A model generated the notes under the pieces. That model saw only the letters and a list, made by a program, of their open reading frames with translations. It made no database searches and was not told the origin of the DNA. From Felis catus (Eukaryota): a stretch of DNA of 64,000 nucleotides. Location: NCBI RefSeq assembly GCF_018350175.1, contig NC_058373.1, positions 105,774,001-105,838,000 on the forward strand, read 5' to 3'. Position numbers and translations under genes: made by a program. This document shows positions 39,993 to 51,839 of this stretch, piece by piece (the stretch's first letter is position 1; the number at the start of each line of letters is the position of its first letter).

Positions 39993-40195
39993 GGGGGCGC
40001 CTGGGTGGCTCAGCCGGTTAAGCGGCCGACTTCAGCTCAGGGCACGATCTCGCGATCCGTTAGTTCGAGCCCCGAGTCGGGCTCTGTGCTGACAGCTCAG
40101 AGCCTGGAGCCTGTTTCAGATTCTGTGTCTCCCTCTCTCTCTGACCCTCCCCTGTTCATGCTCTGTCTCTCTCTGTCTCAAAAATAAATAAACGT
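39993..40195 (+). mobile_element. CanSINE
   Basis: TSD TTAAGAGAAAAAGAT. Confidence 0.95.
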
Positions 40196-40917
40196 TAAGA
40201 GAAAAAGATGAACTACATTAAGAGCTTGTGTTTATCAAAAGGTATTCTATAGACTGAAAAGATAAGCCACAAACTGGATATGATATCCTCAGTAAATACA
40301 ACTGAAAATGGGTTAGCATTCAGAATGTACCATAAAGAAAATACTCCTACAAATTACTAAGTAGAAGACAAGTAACCCAGTAGAAAAAAATGGGCAAAAT
40401 TCATGAAGTGGCAATTCACAAAAAAAACAAAAAACAAAAAAACAAGAATGACCAGAAACACAAGGTGCTCAACTCTATGGTAATTAGAAATAAACAAAGC
40501 AAAACTATAATTAAATAGTATTTTATACCCATTATATGGGCAAAAAATTTTTTTAATCTGCCAATACCAAAGTGAAAATATGGAATAATGGAAATTCAAA
40601 TGAACTTCTAGTATAAGCAGAAATTGAGTAGCTACTTTAAAAAAATAACTTTGTACCTATGCAATAACAACATGGATGGATATAGCTCTTTCCTCTGGGG
40701 AACAAGGAGGCTAGGATTGGGAAGGTACACACAGGTAGCTTCAATTATATTGTCATTAGTTTTACATCACAAGTTGTATGATGGGTTCATGGATATTTAT
40801 ATTTTTTTAACTTATGTGATTACATAAATTGTTTTAAATATATTAAATATTACATAATGAGAGATTTTGAAAATGGAAGATTTGGTGAGGATGGTTGAGA
40901 TTTTGTATTTTTAATTA

Positions 40918-40923
40918 TTTATT
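40918..40923 (-). terminator. Candidate polyadenylation signal of gene B
   Basis: AATAAA on the - strand about 33 nt after the stop; the AT-rich context makes chance possible. Confidence 0.35.
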
Positions 40924-40955
40924 ATAACTCAAAATAAAATATGAATTACAAAACT

Positions 40956-41519
40956 TCACTGTGGGTGTGACCCATATGGCAGGTAAATTTTTAAAGCACA
41001 TGTATCCTCTTTTGGATCATCTTGTCCCACTATTTCAAAAAGAAAGTTGAGATGTTCTCTTTGATTGTGAATCCAGAGAAGGCCAGAAATATGAACTTTT
41101 TTCATAGATGACATTCTTCTGTTTGACATAGCATATCGCAAACAAGCTTTTTTTTTTGAAGATTTGTCCAATATTTTTGAAAATAAATCAAACAGAAGAG
41201 TAATCCAAGCAAGACCAAAAGTACACCAAAGTATTATTTTTTTTTAATTTTTTTTTAACATTTATTTATTTTTGAGACAGAGAGAGACAGAGCATGAATG
41301 GGGGAGGGGCAGAGAGAGAAGGAGACACAGAATCGGAAACAGGCTCCAGGCTCTGAGCCATCAGCCCAGAGCCTGACGCGGGGCTCGAACTCACAGACCG
41401 CGAGATCGTGACCTGGCTGAAGTCGGACGCTTAACCGACTGCGCCACCCAGGCGCCCCGAACACCAAAGTATTATTATTGCTGGGTAAATTTTTGAGTAA
41501 TTCTGGGAAGGATTTATAC
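40956..41519 (-). pseudogene. Gene B exon 5 (M4, C-tail), interrupted by a SINE
   Basis: TAG| then GINPSQNYSKIYPAIIILWC[SINE]TFGLAWITLLFDLFSKILDKSSKKKACL...YGSHPQ*. Removing the SINE and one TSD copy (238 nt) restores a continuous frame to TGA at 40956-40958. Confidence 0.92.
41239..41460 (-). mobile_element. Young CanSINE inserted in gene B exon 5
   Basis: Perfect 16-bp TSD ACACCAAAGTATTATT at 41223-41238 and 41461-41476. Confidence 0.97.
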
Positions 41520-41845
41520 CTAAAGGCAAAAAGTAAATCACAAAAAGTAAGTCATTGGAACATGACTTTTACTTCTGATTTTTTCTTCTCCGTCATAAAC
41601 TATACTACATTAGTCTAAACCCATAAAACTGTCCACATTTAGAGTCTAATTGCTGATTATTAAAGATCAACTGGAAATAAGAATACTTCTGAAATGAATA
41701 TTATATTCCATATGACTATTTATACCATGTTTGTCTTTTCAGTGTTACTTTTCTAAATATGGGACTAACAGATCGTCCCACTTCTGTGACCTAGTAATCA
41801 ATAAACAAAATTCCAGATATCAATACATGTTCCTTCTGGGAAATT

Positions 41846-41960
41846 AGAGCTTGGAGCCTCCTTCAGATTTTGTGTCTTCCCTTCTGTCTGTCCCTCCCCC
41901 ACTCATGCTCTGTCTCTCTCTCTCTCTCTCTCAAAAATAAATAAACATTAAGAAAAGAAA
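41846..41960 (+). mobile_element. 5'-truncated CanSINE
   Basis: agagcttggagcct...(CT)n aaaaataaataaac. Confidence 0.85.
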
Positions 41961-43172
41961 GAAATTGGTTAACATTAGAACTAAAGGGGTTTTATAAGTA
42001 TTCTTCCTGGACTGTCAGTTATTCCTCACTCTCAGACTGCTTAGATTATGCTTCTCCTTGAAGACTCACCTGTAGCCATAGCTGAAGCATGTGGTAAGCC
42101 TTTTTCTTCTTCCTTGATGACATCATTGCACTATACATTGAACTCAATTATGGCATATTGGAACTTGATTTGTAACTGTCTATTTACATATCTAAATCTT
42201 CCCTACTCCAGTGTGTGCTCCTTGTAGACAGGAGCCAAGTTTTAGTCATGGCTAATTCCTCAGCATACAACAATTAATATTTTCACATGGAAAAAAATCA
42301 ACTAGTTCAAAGTTTTCCTCACCCCAGCTATTTTATATTAGATCAAATTGAATCCTGTTGGCCAAGTAGCTTGTCCAAATTGACCCAGAGAGACTGTGGT
42401 AGAGCATACATCAATGTTCTGATTCTTGCCTTTGTCCTTATTATGTAGAGTACTAATTCTTCTATATAAGTGTGAGGCATATGCATGCATGCAAAATGGG
42501 GTGGTATACCTATGTTCTTTGGGCTAACTTTTAAAAAATATGTTCATAGTAAGAATAATGTTTGATATGACTCTTATTTTGAGGCAGAGATGAGCCAAGA
42601 ACAATGGTAGTTTCCCAAAATACATAGCCTAGAGACTTACTTTGTTCCTTTAAAGGATTTATAAACACAAAAAGCCTTTATAAAAATAATCTTACAAAAT
42701 ACTTTTTTGATATTACTGTTGAATTTTAGGTATGTATGTAAATACTTAGTGTCTGGGGGTCTTTATTTCCTTCTTATACAGTATATTTAATCTAAGGTGA
42801 AAGTGGATTTATCTATTGGGAAAGACACTAGGTGCATGTTGCATGGGATTTCTTTTGTACTGGTATTTTCATTACACATGAATTTTGGATACCTGTATGA
42901 GCAAATGGTGACATGCTTTAAAAGGAATTCCTCTGTTCCATTTTCCAATAATTAGTGTACTCTGTGGCCTCAACAAAGAAGGAAGTTGGATGGAAAGGAA
43001 TTATTTTAGATTCTCTCATGGATTGTCAGATGATTGGAGTTTGTAAAATAGTTTTGGCCTCTACCCTAACCCCTATAGTTAAATGCTATGTTTCTGGCGA
43101 TACTTTTACTTCAAATCTTGTTAATTCTGTGGCTATGAATGCTAATACAATTCCAAGATTCAATCGACTTAC

Positions 43173-43337
43173 CTAGTACATAGTCACCAAACCCAATGGT
43201 ACTTAAGGAGATAAATGCAAAATATAGTCCTTCCTTGTAAGTCCAGCCCTCTGTATGCATGAAAAGTAATGGTGGTAGATGAAAATGACAAGTCCAGTCA
43301 CCAAAAAAAAGAGGAGTGCGTGAATGTTAATTTTTCT
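43173..43337 (-). pseudogene. Gene B exon 4 (M3, pore 2)
   Basis: Polypyrimidine TAG| then RKINIHALLFFLVTGLVIF[frameshift]LPPLLFMHTEGWTYKEGLYFAFISLSTIGFGDYVL-G, then |GTAAGT; 165 nt, not 3n+1. Confidence 0.95.
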
Positions 43338-43552
43338 CTAAAAATAAAAAAAGAAAGAAGTAAGGAAAAAAGGGGACAAAGGGAAGGAATGAGGGGAGGG
43401 ATAAAGAGGGAGGGAGGGTGAAGGAGGAAAAAAGAGAAAGATGATTATAATTTATGCATAAATTATAAGAGAAAATAAATGAATTTTCCCATCTTAAAAT
43501 TGGATATTCCCTTTACAGCCTATGTCATATTAATTAAAATGTTTTTATAATA

Positions 43553-43785
43553 TGGGGCACGTGGGTGGCTCAGTTGGTTGAGTGTCTGACTTCAGCTCAG
43601 GTCAGGATCTCACAGTTTGTGAGTTCCAGCCCCACATTGGGCTCTGTGCTGACAGCTCAGAGCCTGGAGCCTGTTTCAGATTCTGTGTCTCCCTCTCTCT
43701 GCCCCTCCCCCGATCACACTCTGTCTCTCTCTGTCTCTCAAAAATGAATAAACATTAAAAAAAAATAAATTAATTAAATAAAATA
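43553..43785 (+). mobile_element. CanSINE
   Basis: TSD AAAATGTTTTTATAATA. Confidence 0.94.
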
Positions 43786-45772
43786 AAATGTTTTTATAAT
43801 ATAATTCAAATTCATTCAATAATCATTTATTGAGGTTTTTTTTTTCTATTAGTACCATGAGAAATACTCAAGATACAGAGTAAAACTAAGACAGTTTTTC
43901 CACACAGAAATTACAGTTTTGTGGAAGGAGGGAAGAGACAGATAAGTAAACTGATATTAGAAATAACATGTTTTAAACTTTCACTTATAAAGTACCTCGT
44001 ACAGGAGAGACGTTACTGACAGCTATACATGCCTTTTGATTTATTATTGTAAAGGGACATCTTGTCAATATTTCCTTAAATTTTAGTGTTTATATATGTT
44101 TATTGCAATAATTATATTGCATTGTGAGATTTGCAGTATTTTTTAAATTTGTGGGACTATGGAGCTGATGTAATAAAATTCTTATATGTCGTTTTTTTCC
44201 TAGAAATTTGAAAACAGAGATTCATTTTCAACTTTAAAGATGCTCAAGCCTATATAACCCACCCATAGAAGATTAGGGCAGAATTAGAGGAAAGTAGAAG
44301 AACTAGACAGCTAACTTTTAGTATATATTTTGGGACTGTTAAGGAACTTTAGGAACAAGAGATTAATATTCAGGATTTCATTTTCTAAGGTTACTTCTGT
44401 TAATAGCTCCTTTTGTTTAACTTTGTATGATGGTGGCAAACTCAGGGTATGCTAGGTCACTGATGTAATTGTATTTGGGTCATTCTGTTATCTGGTGCAC
44501 CTCAGTGACTCTCTCTGATGAGTTTCTTTAGATATATCTATAACCATGTAAATAAGGTACAGCCTTGGCCTCCAATAGGCTTTGGAAGGCAACATCCAAG
44601 AGATGCTGAGTTTCTGAAATGGCCAAGTCTTTGATATCAGACATAATTACAATTGTTGATAACATGGTCCCAGGTGGGAGTTGGGGTGGAACAGGTAGAA
44701 TCTTTTCAGATGCTATATGATCTCCTTCCTTGAAGGGGCAAGAAACTTCTCTGGTTGAACTGTTTCGCAGAGAATTTTTGGTCCCTAAGATATGCTCAAA
44801 GCTCTTGCCTCTCTATTCACCCCCAAGAAAGAATTGCTGGTAGGAATGGGTAAAGTACAAGAGCATTCATTGACCGCTACTGCACAGTAAGTGGCCAAAT
44901 AATCTCCAAGGAGTTTCTTTCTCTGGACTCCACTTCCTTGAGACTGGAAAAGGAACCACCAGCTAGCACTCTTACTCAGCACTGCTCTGTCCTAAGAAGG
45001 CCTGGGACAACTGGCTTAGAGCAGGCCTGTTTAGACATCAAGCTGGCCTTTCAAGTATCACTCTTAAGCCAATGCATATGAGTCCAGAGAGGAAGGGAAG
45101 GGAGCATCCTGCCTCAGTTGTGTATTTTAAATGGATTAGTTAGGCTTAAGGGGTCATTGCTAAGGTGCAGTCTGGGTTGCAGGAACACCTGATCCAAATC
45201 CTGCTGGATTTGGAACAAATATTTGCTTGTCTTCATGTTCTCTGCATACCTCTTTCTGGGATATCTTCAGCATCAGGAATGGGCCATCCTCTCACATCAT
45301 CTCTCTCTTTCTCACTTTGCCCCAACTTAAGACAAATTGCCTAGCACTTTTCCCAATAGCTCTTCCAATGATATACTTTTGTAACCTATAACCTTAAAGA
45401 ATTTCTTGCCCTTAACAGTATCAAGAAATGGATTAGGAGGCAAGGGAGCTCAGAACCTAGAATCAGAAGAACTGAATTTAAGAGGATAAACTCCTGTAGA
45501 AAATCTACATGTTAGGTTTTACCATACTTAGCTCATAAGGTGGTCCAGGGAATCAAAGAAAATCATGGTTATAAATATGTGTATGTAAATCTATGTAGAT
45601 GCATTATATAACATACTACAAGTGTTCTTTCAAATAATACTTATGTTTTCTGAAGAGGAAAAATAAAGCGCTGCTGTTATTTTGGTCTGAATACCCTTTT
45701 CTTGATCTAGGAGTTCCATAAAAAATACAGCCAGGGCAAGCATAACAAAAACACATACAAACACATATATAG

Positions 45773-45775
<3 letters not shown>

Positions 45776-45813
<38 letters not shown>

Positions 45814-45826
45814 CACACACACGCAC
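45776..45826. repeat. (CA)n microsatellite
   Basis: Read directly; similar (CA)n runs at ~37767-37796 and ~47034-47074. Confidence 0.95.
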
Positions 45827-45939
45827 AGATATTTTAGCATGCATTTAACAAGAATTTATTTAGTGTGTGTACTTATTCTATGTAAGGCTATGAATCCAAG
45901 CATATATAAGAGAAAAAAAAATCATTTAGTAAACATTAC

Positions 45940-46099
45940 TTCTCTCATTCCCATAGTCTGAAGGTGTTTACTAAGTCCAGAAAATGGTTGTGATTACTCA
46001 CAAATTTCAGTAATGTAATAGTTAGAGGAATCCCCAATAAAGCATAGAAGACACAGAATGTCTGACCCCTAGGAGTTCTGGGAGCAATTGACCCATAAC
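45940..46099 (-). pseudogene. Gene B exon 3 (filter 1 GYG, M2)
   Basis: CAG| then GYGSIAPRTPRGQTFCVFYALLGIPLTITLLKFVS[frameshift]SQPFSGLSKHLQTMGMRE, then |GTAATG; 160 nt, not 3n+2. Confidence 0.92.
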
Positions 46100-46741
46100 C
46101 TGATGGATGATAAAAAACAAATTTATTATCTGCTCAATACTACTATTCCTTGGAACATGCACTTTTGATGTTTTGTTGTCAATGCTTTGTTGTGACTTAT
46201 AACTTTTAAAAGTATTATCCAGCCATTTTATATCTGGGAATTTCTCCTAGGGAAATGATCAGAAAAGTGTATAAGAATATCACTAAAGCATTATTTGACT
46301 AAATAATGGAAACTAACATAAGTATCTAACATTAGAAGGCATATGCTGAGTAAAATGGCCCAATAAAATACTTACCAGTCTTTAAGAATTACATTGTGGA
46401 AGTATATTCAATGATATGTGAAATTAATCATGTATTGCTGCACACAAAAAAGACTTTTTTTGTGGATTCTGCTATAACCACTTATAAAACCTATTTATGG
46501 GATAACAAAAATGGAGAATTTTGCTACTTTGCATATAGTTAAACTTGAATATGTCAATCTTGCTGCTGAATCTAATTTTAATCTATACATGTTGGTATTT
46601 GGTGCCTATAGATAGCACAAAATGTAACATAATTTCATTTCTGTAAGTTGTGGATTTTGGTTGCTTTTGTGAAAGCAGTTGATGAACTAAACAATTTTAT
46701 TCCTTCTATGCCCATGGCTCTTAAGTTCAATTTTTATTTTA

Positions 46742-46988
46742 TTATTTTATTTTATTTTATTTTATTTTATTTTATTTTATTTTATTTTATTTATAACGTT
46801 TATTCATTTTTGACAGAGACAGAGCATGAGCAGGGAGGGGCAGAGAGAAAGGGAGAACCAGAATCTGAAGCAGGCTCCAGGCTCCAAGCTGTCAGCACAG
46901 AGCCCAACACGAGGCTCGAACCCAAGAACCATGAGATCATGACATGAGCCAAAGTCAGACAGAACCGACTGAGCCACCCAGGCACCCT
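46742..46988 (-). mobile_element. CanSINE with an (ATTTT)n tail
   Basis: TSD TCAATTTTTATTTT. Confidence 0.93.
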
Positions 46989-47032
46989 CAATTTTTATTT
47001 TCAATGCTACAAAAGAATAGGAATACACTATC

Positions 47033-47077
<45 letters not shown>

Positions 47078-47283
47078 TGGGGAAGAATGCCATACCAAAG
47101 TTTCACAATTCTTCATGGACTTCACACAAAAGCTCCCTTCATTGCCTGTGGTGATATTTTAAACAGCCTGGCAATGTTAAAGTCATTACAACATGAGGAG
47201 TTCATGCCCATTTAAAGTCATGCCTGAACTCCTACAAATTCATAGTTCGCCTTAACTCACATTTGTTTAAAAGAATGTGTCTT

Positions 47284-47491
47284 GGGCGCCTGGGTGGCTC
47301 AGTCGGTTAAGCGGCCGACTTCGGCTCAGGTCATGATTTCACGGTCCATGAGTTCCAACCCCGCATCGGGCTGTGTGCTGACAGCTCAGAGCCTGGAGCC
47401 TGTTTCGGATTCTGTGTCTCCCTCTCTCTGACCCTCCCCCATTCATGCTCTCTCTCTCTGTCTCAAAAATAAATAAATGTTAAAAAAAAAA
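47284..47491 (+). mobile_element. CanSINE
   Basis: TSD AAAAGAATGTGTCTT. Confidence 0.95.
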
Positions 47492-47871
47492 AAAAGAATG
47501 TGTCTTAAGAATAAAGGCAAAGTAGGCTTATTGACTGGTTCCAGGACTGCAAAGTAAGGACTACGTCCATTCTTCAGGCAAGCTGGTACTTTGATTCTGT
47601 CTCATCAAGAAGAAAATATGAGAACATCATATGATAGAGAATGGTCAAATGGTTTCACCCCTCTTAACCCCCTGTTAAACAGAACCATTGAATACGGTTG
47701 AACTGCCTGAAGTTAGAATTATTCATCTACTGTGGCCCAGACTGGAATGGCTTAGGGATCAGATGACAAAATTTGCCCACTGTTGCAAGCAGGCTATAAA
47801 GGTACATACATGAGTTGTGTCTTTCCACAGTGTCAGCTCTATTTAATCATAAAGCAAGGCTAACATAATTG

Positions 47872-48090
47872 GTTTTTTTTTATTTTTTTTAACATTTATT
47901 CACTTTTGAGAGACAGAGACAGATCATGAGTGGGCAAGGGGCAGAGAGAGAGGGAGACACAGAATTGAAGCAGGCTCCAGGCTCCGAGCTGCCAGCACAG
48001 AGCCCGACGCGGGGCTCAAACTCACAAACCGTGAGACCATAACCTGAGCCGAAGTCGGATGCTCAACCAACTGAGCCACCCAGTCGCCCC
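47872..48090 (-). mobile_element. CanSINE
   Basis: TSD GCAAGGCTAACATAATTG. Confidence 0.95.
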
Positions 48091-49572
48091 GCAAGGCTAA
48101 CATAATTGTAAAGCAGGTTCAGTATTCCAAACCCGATGACATTTCACTACACATTTAACTTAGCTTCTTATGTATCACACAAAACAGAGCATAAAACAAA
48201 ATCACAAGGAAGATACAACAAGGGGTAAGAACTTAGTGAAGCAAATGTGGAGTCTGTGCATGAGTGCACAAGTGAGATGAGGGCTCGTTTCAGCCTGGGT
48301 CAGCTCTCTGAACACGCTGCTTATTATATTCAAGCAGTGGAAGATCTCTGTTATGTTCAGAGATCAGTCAGGCAGACCTCTCATCAGCAACTGCCTTTCT
48401 GATGCAGTCAGATATGGAAGGGTCAGCTTCTGGAGGGCTGACCATTGCTGCAAAAGTCCTCTCTTTTTGAAGATGCTTAACCAGTCTTAGGCCTTTATGG
48501 GCCTCTTCTGGTTCTGCTGTGTCATCAGCCTGTGCTGGTTTCAGCAACATCTCATCTTAGCACCAATGCCCTTGACTGCCTATGTCCCTGCTTGACATGA
48601 GTGACTCCATCTTGCTCTCTATATCCACCAATCAGTTGGACTTCTGTGCGCACCACCAGGCCATACACCAAAGGAAGCGGTCATTCAGACCTTGTTGTTA
48701 TTATCCTCAGGGCAGAAACCATGGGTCACGGTGACATCCATTCCCAACAGTCTGATCTTATGTGGATCCCTAAAAGTCCGAGATTCTCCCAGTTCTTTTA
48801 CTGAAATATAATAAGCAAGTAAGAACAGTTTCTAACAAATGTGATTATTTTGCTGGGAATTTGCAGGCATCACATTCTCCATAACTGTAAATGTGCACCC
48901 TATTTTTAGTAAAGGAAATATATCTGAGCATGCCATACTGAGAATAACAGTCATTATTAACCTTCTCTAGTCCTAGTCCCATGAGGAGGAAAATTCCACA
49001 GCAGTGCCAGAGGTCTCTGGCAGTCTAAACTGGTATTTCCTAGGAGTCTCCTTACGGTCTTTGGCAATGGCTATCTTAAGTTGTGCTTATTCTTTTTGTA
49101 AACCCCAATAACTCTTAGTTGAAATTAAAATACCCTATAATTGTCTAAAGTTTAGTAGAAACCTATGGTAACTTTTTGTTTTAAAAATTACAAAATTGTC
49201 TAGCCAAGTTTGAGCTGAATTCCAGAGAAACTTGTAGACATCTTAGATCTATCAGCAGTCCTGGAAAATCTGACTGGTTCTTGCTTTGCTACTTATCTCA
49301 CTCGTATGTTGGAAGACAAGATGGAAATGCCATTGCCAGGACCACCCACTAAAGAGAAAAGACACATCAAATTTGTTATGGAAGTGACAAATGATCTAAA
49401 AATACAAATAAAGGGGAGGTTGCATGTACTGATGAAATGTCATCTTAACAATAAAAGCAGGTTCTGAATTTGTAGGTTTGAAGGGGTTATGACTTATGCA
49501 AAGTTCCGTGCATTGGCATTCTAAATTAAAAAAAAAAACTAAATTAAACTAAAAACAAAGCATCTTACTCAC

Positions 49573-49688
49573 CTATTGTGCTTAATATAGATGCCACAAA
49601 TGGAAAAGAATTCTTAAAATTCCAACTAAAATAAAGAATTTCATTTCCTAAGGGGATTACTCCATTTTTTTACAGAAAAGGGCAGTGT
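49573..49688 (-). pseudogene. Gene B exon 2 (cap end, pore helix 1)
   Basis: TLPFSV[+1 A]KNGVIPLGNEILYFSWNFKNSFPFVASILSTI-G; donor TAG|GTGAG, phase 1; the acceptor reads GG (49689-49690); 116 nt instead of 115. Confidence 0.9.
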
Positions 49689-49799
49689 CCACAAGGTAAA
49701 ACCAAAACAAGTAAGCATTAACTTGGTGAAATGTATGAACTTTCCCTTAAAGCAATATGGAAAGAAATATGCCACTGTGGAATTTAGATTCTAGCTTAG

Positions 49800-50960
49800 G
49801 GAAATAAATATAAATATTGTATAATGTTAGGAGGTGATAAGAGATAAGTAGAGCACAATAAGGTGGGACAAGGGAGATAGTCAGAGAAAGCCTCACTGAG
49901 AAGGTAAGACTTGGGCTGGACTTAGAGGCAGTGAAAAAGTTAGCCAAATACTTGAGAAAAGAACATTCCAAGCAGAGGAAACAACTAGATCAAAGGGAAG
50001 AGCCTGGACTATTCTAGCGACATCAAGCACAGTGACCAGAGCAAAGTTGAGGGCAGAGTAATGGAAAAGGAAATAGAGGAGGAAGACCAGTTCATGTAAG
50101 ATTCAAGACTTTTACCTGAAGGAAATGGGGGGAGTCACTGAAAGTTTTGAGCACTTACCTACCAAAGGGATACCAGAAAGATCACTTTGGCCGCTGTATT
50201 TAGAAGAGAATATAGAGAGCAAAGTCAGAACCAGGAGACCTGTTGGGAGAATACTGCAGAACTCCAGAAGTTCCAGAAGAGACCAAATGGTGGCCCAGTG
50301 AGACCAGGTGGCAGCAATGTTGGGGGAGGGGAGGGAGGAAAAACAGTGGGAATCTAATATGTTTCCAAGGCCCAGCCAGTAGGTTTTCCTGAGAGATTAA
50401 AACTAAGAGAAAGAGCACAGTCAAGGATGATGCAACTCTTCACCTGAGCAACCAAAAGAATGGAGTTGCCACCAACTGAAGTGAGGAAGGTGGTGGTTGG
50501 GGTGGGTGGCAGATTTTCCTTTTGAAAGGAAAAGAGAGGTGCTCATTGTTGGAAATGATGAGCCTGAGTGCTTTGTTGGACATCCAAGTGGAAATTTCAA
50601 ATAGGCAAGTGGATTTACAGTCTGGAATTTGTGGGAAAGGCTTCAGCTGGAGATAAAAATGGGGGCGTTCTTGGCACATACGTGATATTTACAAGCCATG
50701 AGAGAGACGAACCACAAAGGAAACAAGTATAAAGAGAAAAGAGAAAAGGTCTGAGGACTGCACCCAAGAGCTCTTCAACATTATTGAGAAGAATAGAACC
50801 AGCGAAGGCAACCAAGAAAAAACCACCTGTAAAACAGGAGGAAAATCAGAATTAGGAGTGTGGTTTCCCAGAAGCCACGTGAAGAAAGTCTGTCAAGAAG
50901 GAGAGAGTCACTGGTGGCAAATGATGCCGATAGGCTATGTAAGATAAGGACAGACTGTAA
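49800..50960 (-). mobile_element. L2 LINE fragment
   Basis: The peptide CLFEISTWMSNKALRLIISNNEHLSFP resembles the L2 RT C-terminus; purine-rich + strand. Confidence 0.8.
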
Positions 50961-51624
50961 ACAAATTTTAATTATGGCCATGTCTCTGAGTGACTCTCTA
51001 GGAGGGCTGTGTGTGGATTGCTGGTTGAAATGGTGGACACCAAAATCATTTGTAAATAGTATACAAAGAATGGCATAAAGGTGACATTAGGGCTACCTGT
51101 AATTTTAAGTAGTGAGATGGGCTCTTTTTTCTTGCCTACTTACCTAAAATTCCCTTAAAATAATTCCCAAAACCACACAAAACAAAATAGTAAAACGCTG
51201 CATTGAAAAGCAAGAATTATAGTTAAATCTGAATTGTGAAGTACTGCTAAAAGCCATTAAAGAAATGAAATTGATTACTAAAGAAACAGAGACAAAAAGC
51301 CCAAATTCAAAAGAAAAATAGACACAATCTGCCATGAGTATGAACACTGCTTTTCACATAAATTTCCCAGAGGTACTTCAAGTTCAGCATTATTCGTTAG
51401 ACGTGGGGCAGGCAGATATACACAATAGTTATTAAAGGAAGGAAGGTAGGAAGGGAGAAAGGTAAGGAGGTTTTGTTCCCAACGCTCTCTGTAAGACTTG
51501 CATGACTGATGGCAAAACTAGACAACAGCAACATAAAATGATTGCACAACTCTGAATATCCTAAAAACCATTGAATTGTGAACTTTAAATAAGTAAATTG
51601 TACCATATGTGAACAGTGTCTCAA

Positions 51625-51839
51625 TCTTTTATTTTTTTAATGTTTATTTATCTTAGAGTGAGAGAGAGACAGAGTGCAAGTGGGGGAGGTACAGAGAGAG
51701 GGAGACACAGAATCTGAAGCAGGCTCCAGGCCCTGAGCTGTCAGCATAGAGCCTGATGCAGGGCTTGAACCCACAAGCCGTGAGATCATCACCTGAGCAG
51801 AAGTCGGACACCTAAACGACTGAGTCACCCAGGTGCCCC
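51625..51839 (-). mobile_element. CanSINE
   Basis: Full SINE body ending cccaggtgcccc. Confidence 0.93.

Noticed and set aside
44785..44982. ORF with LGDYL inside gene B intron 3
   Set aside because: No TIGFG; the real pore-2 exon is at 43173-43337.
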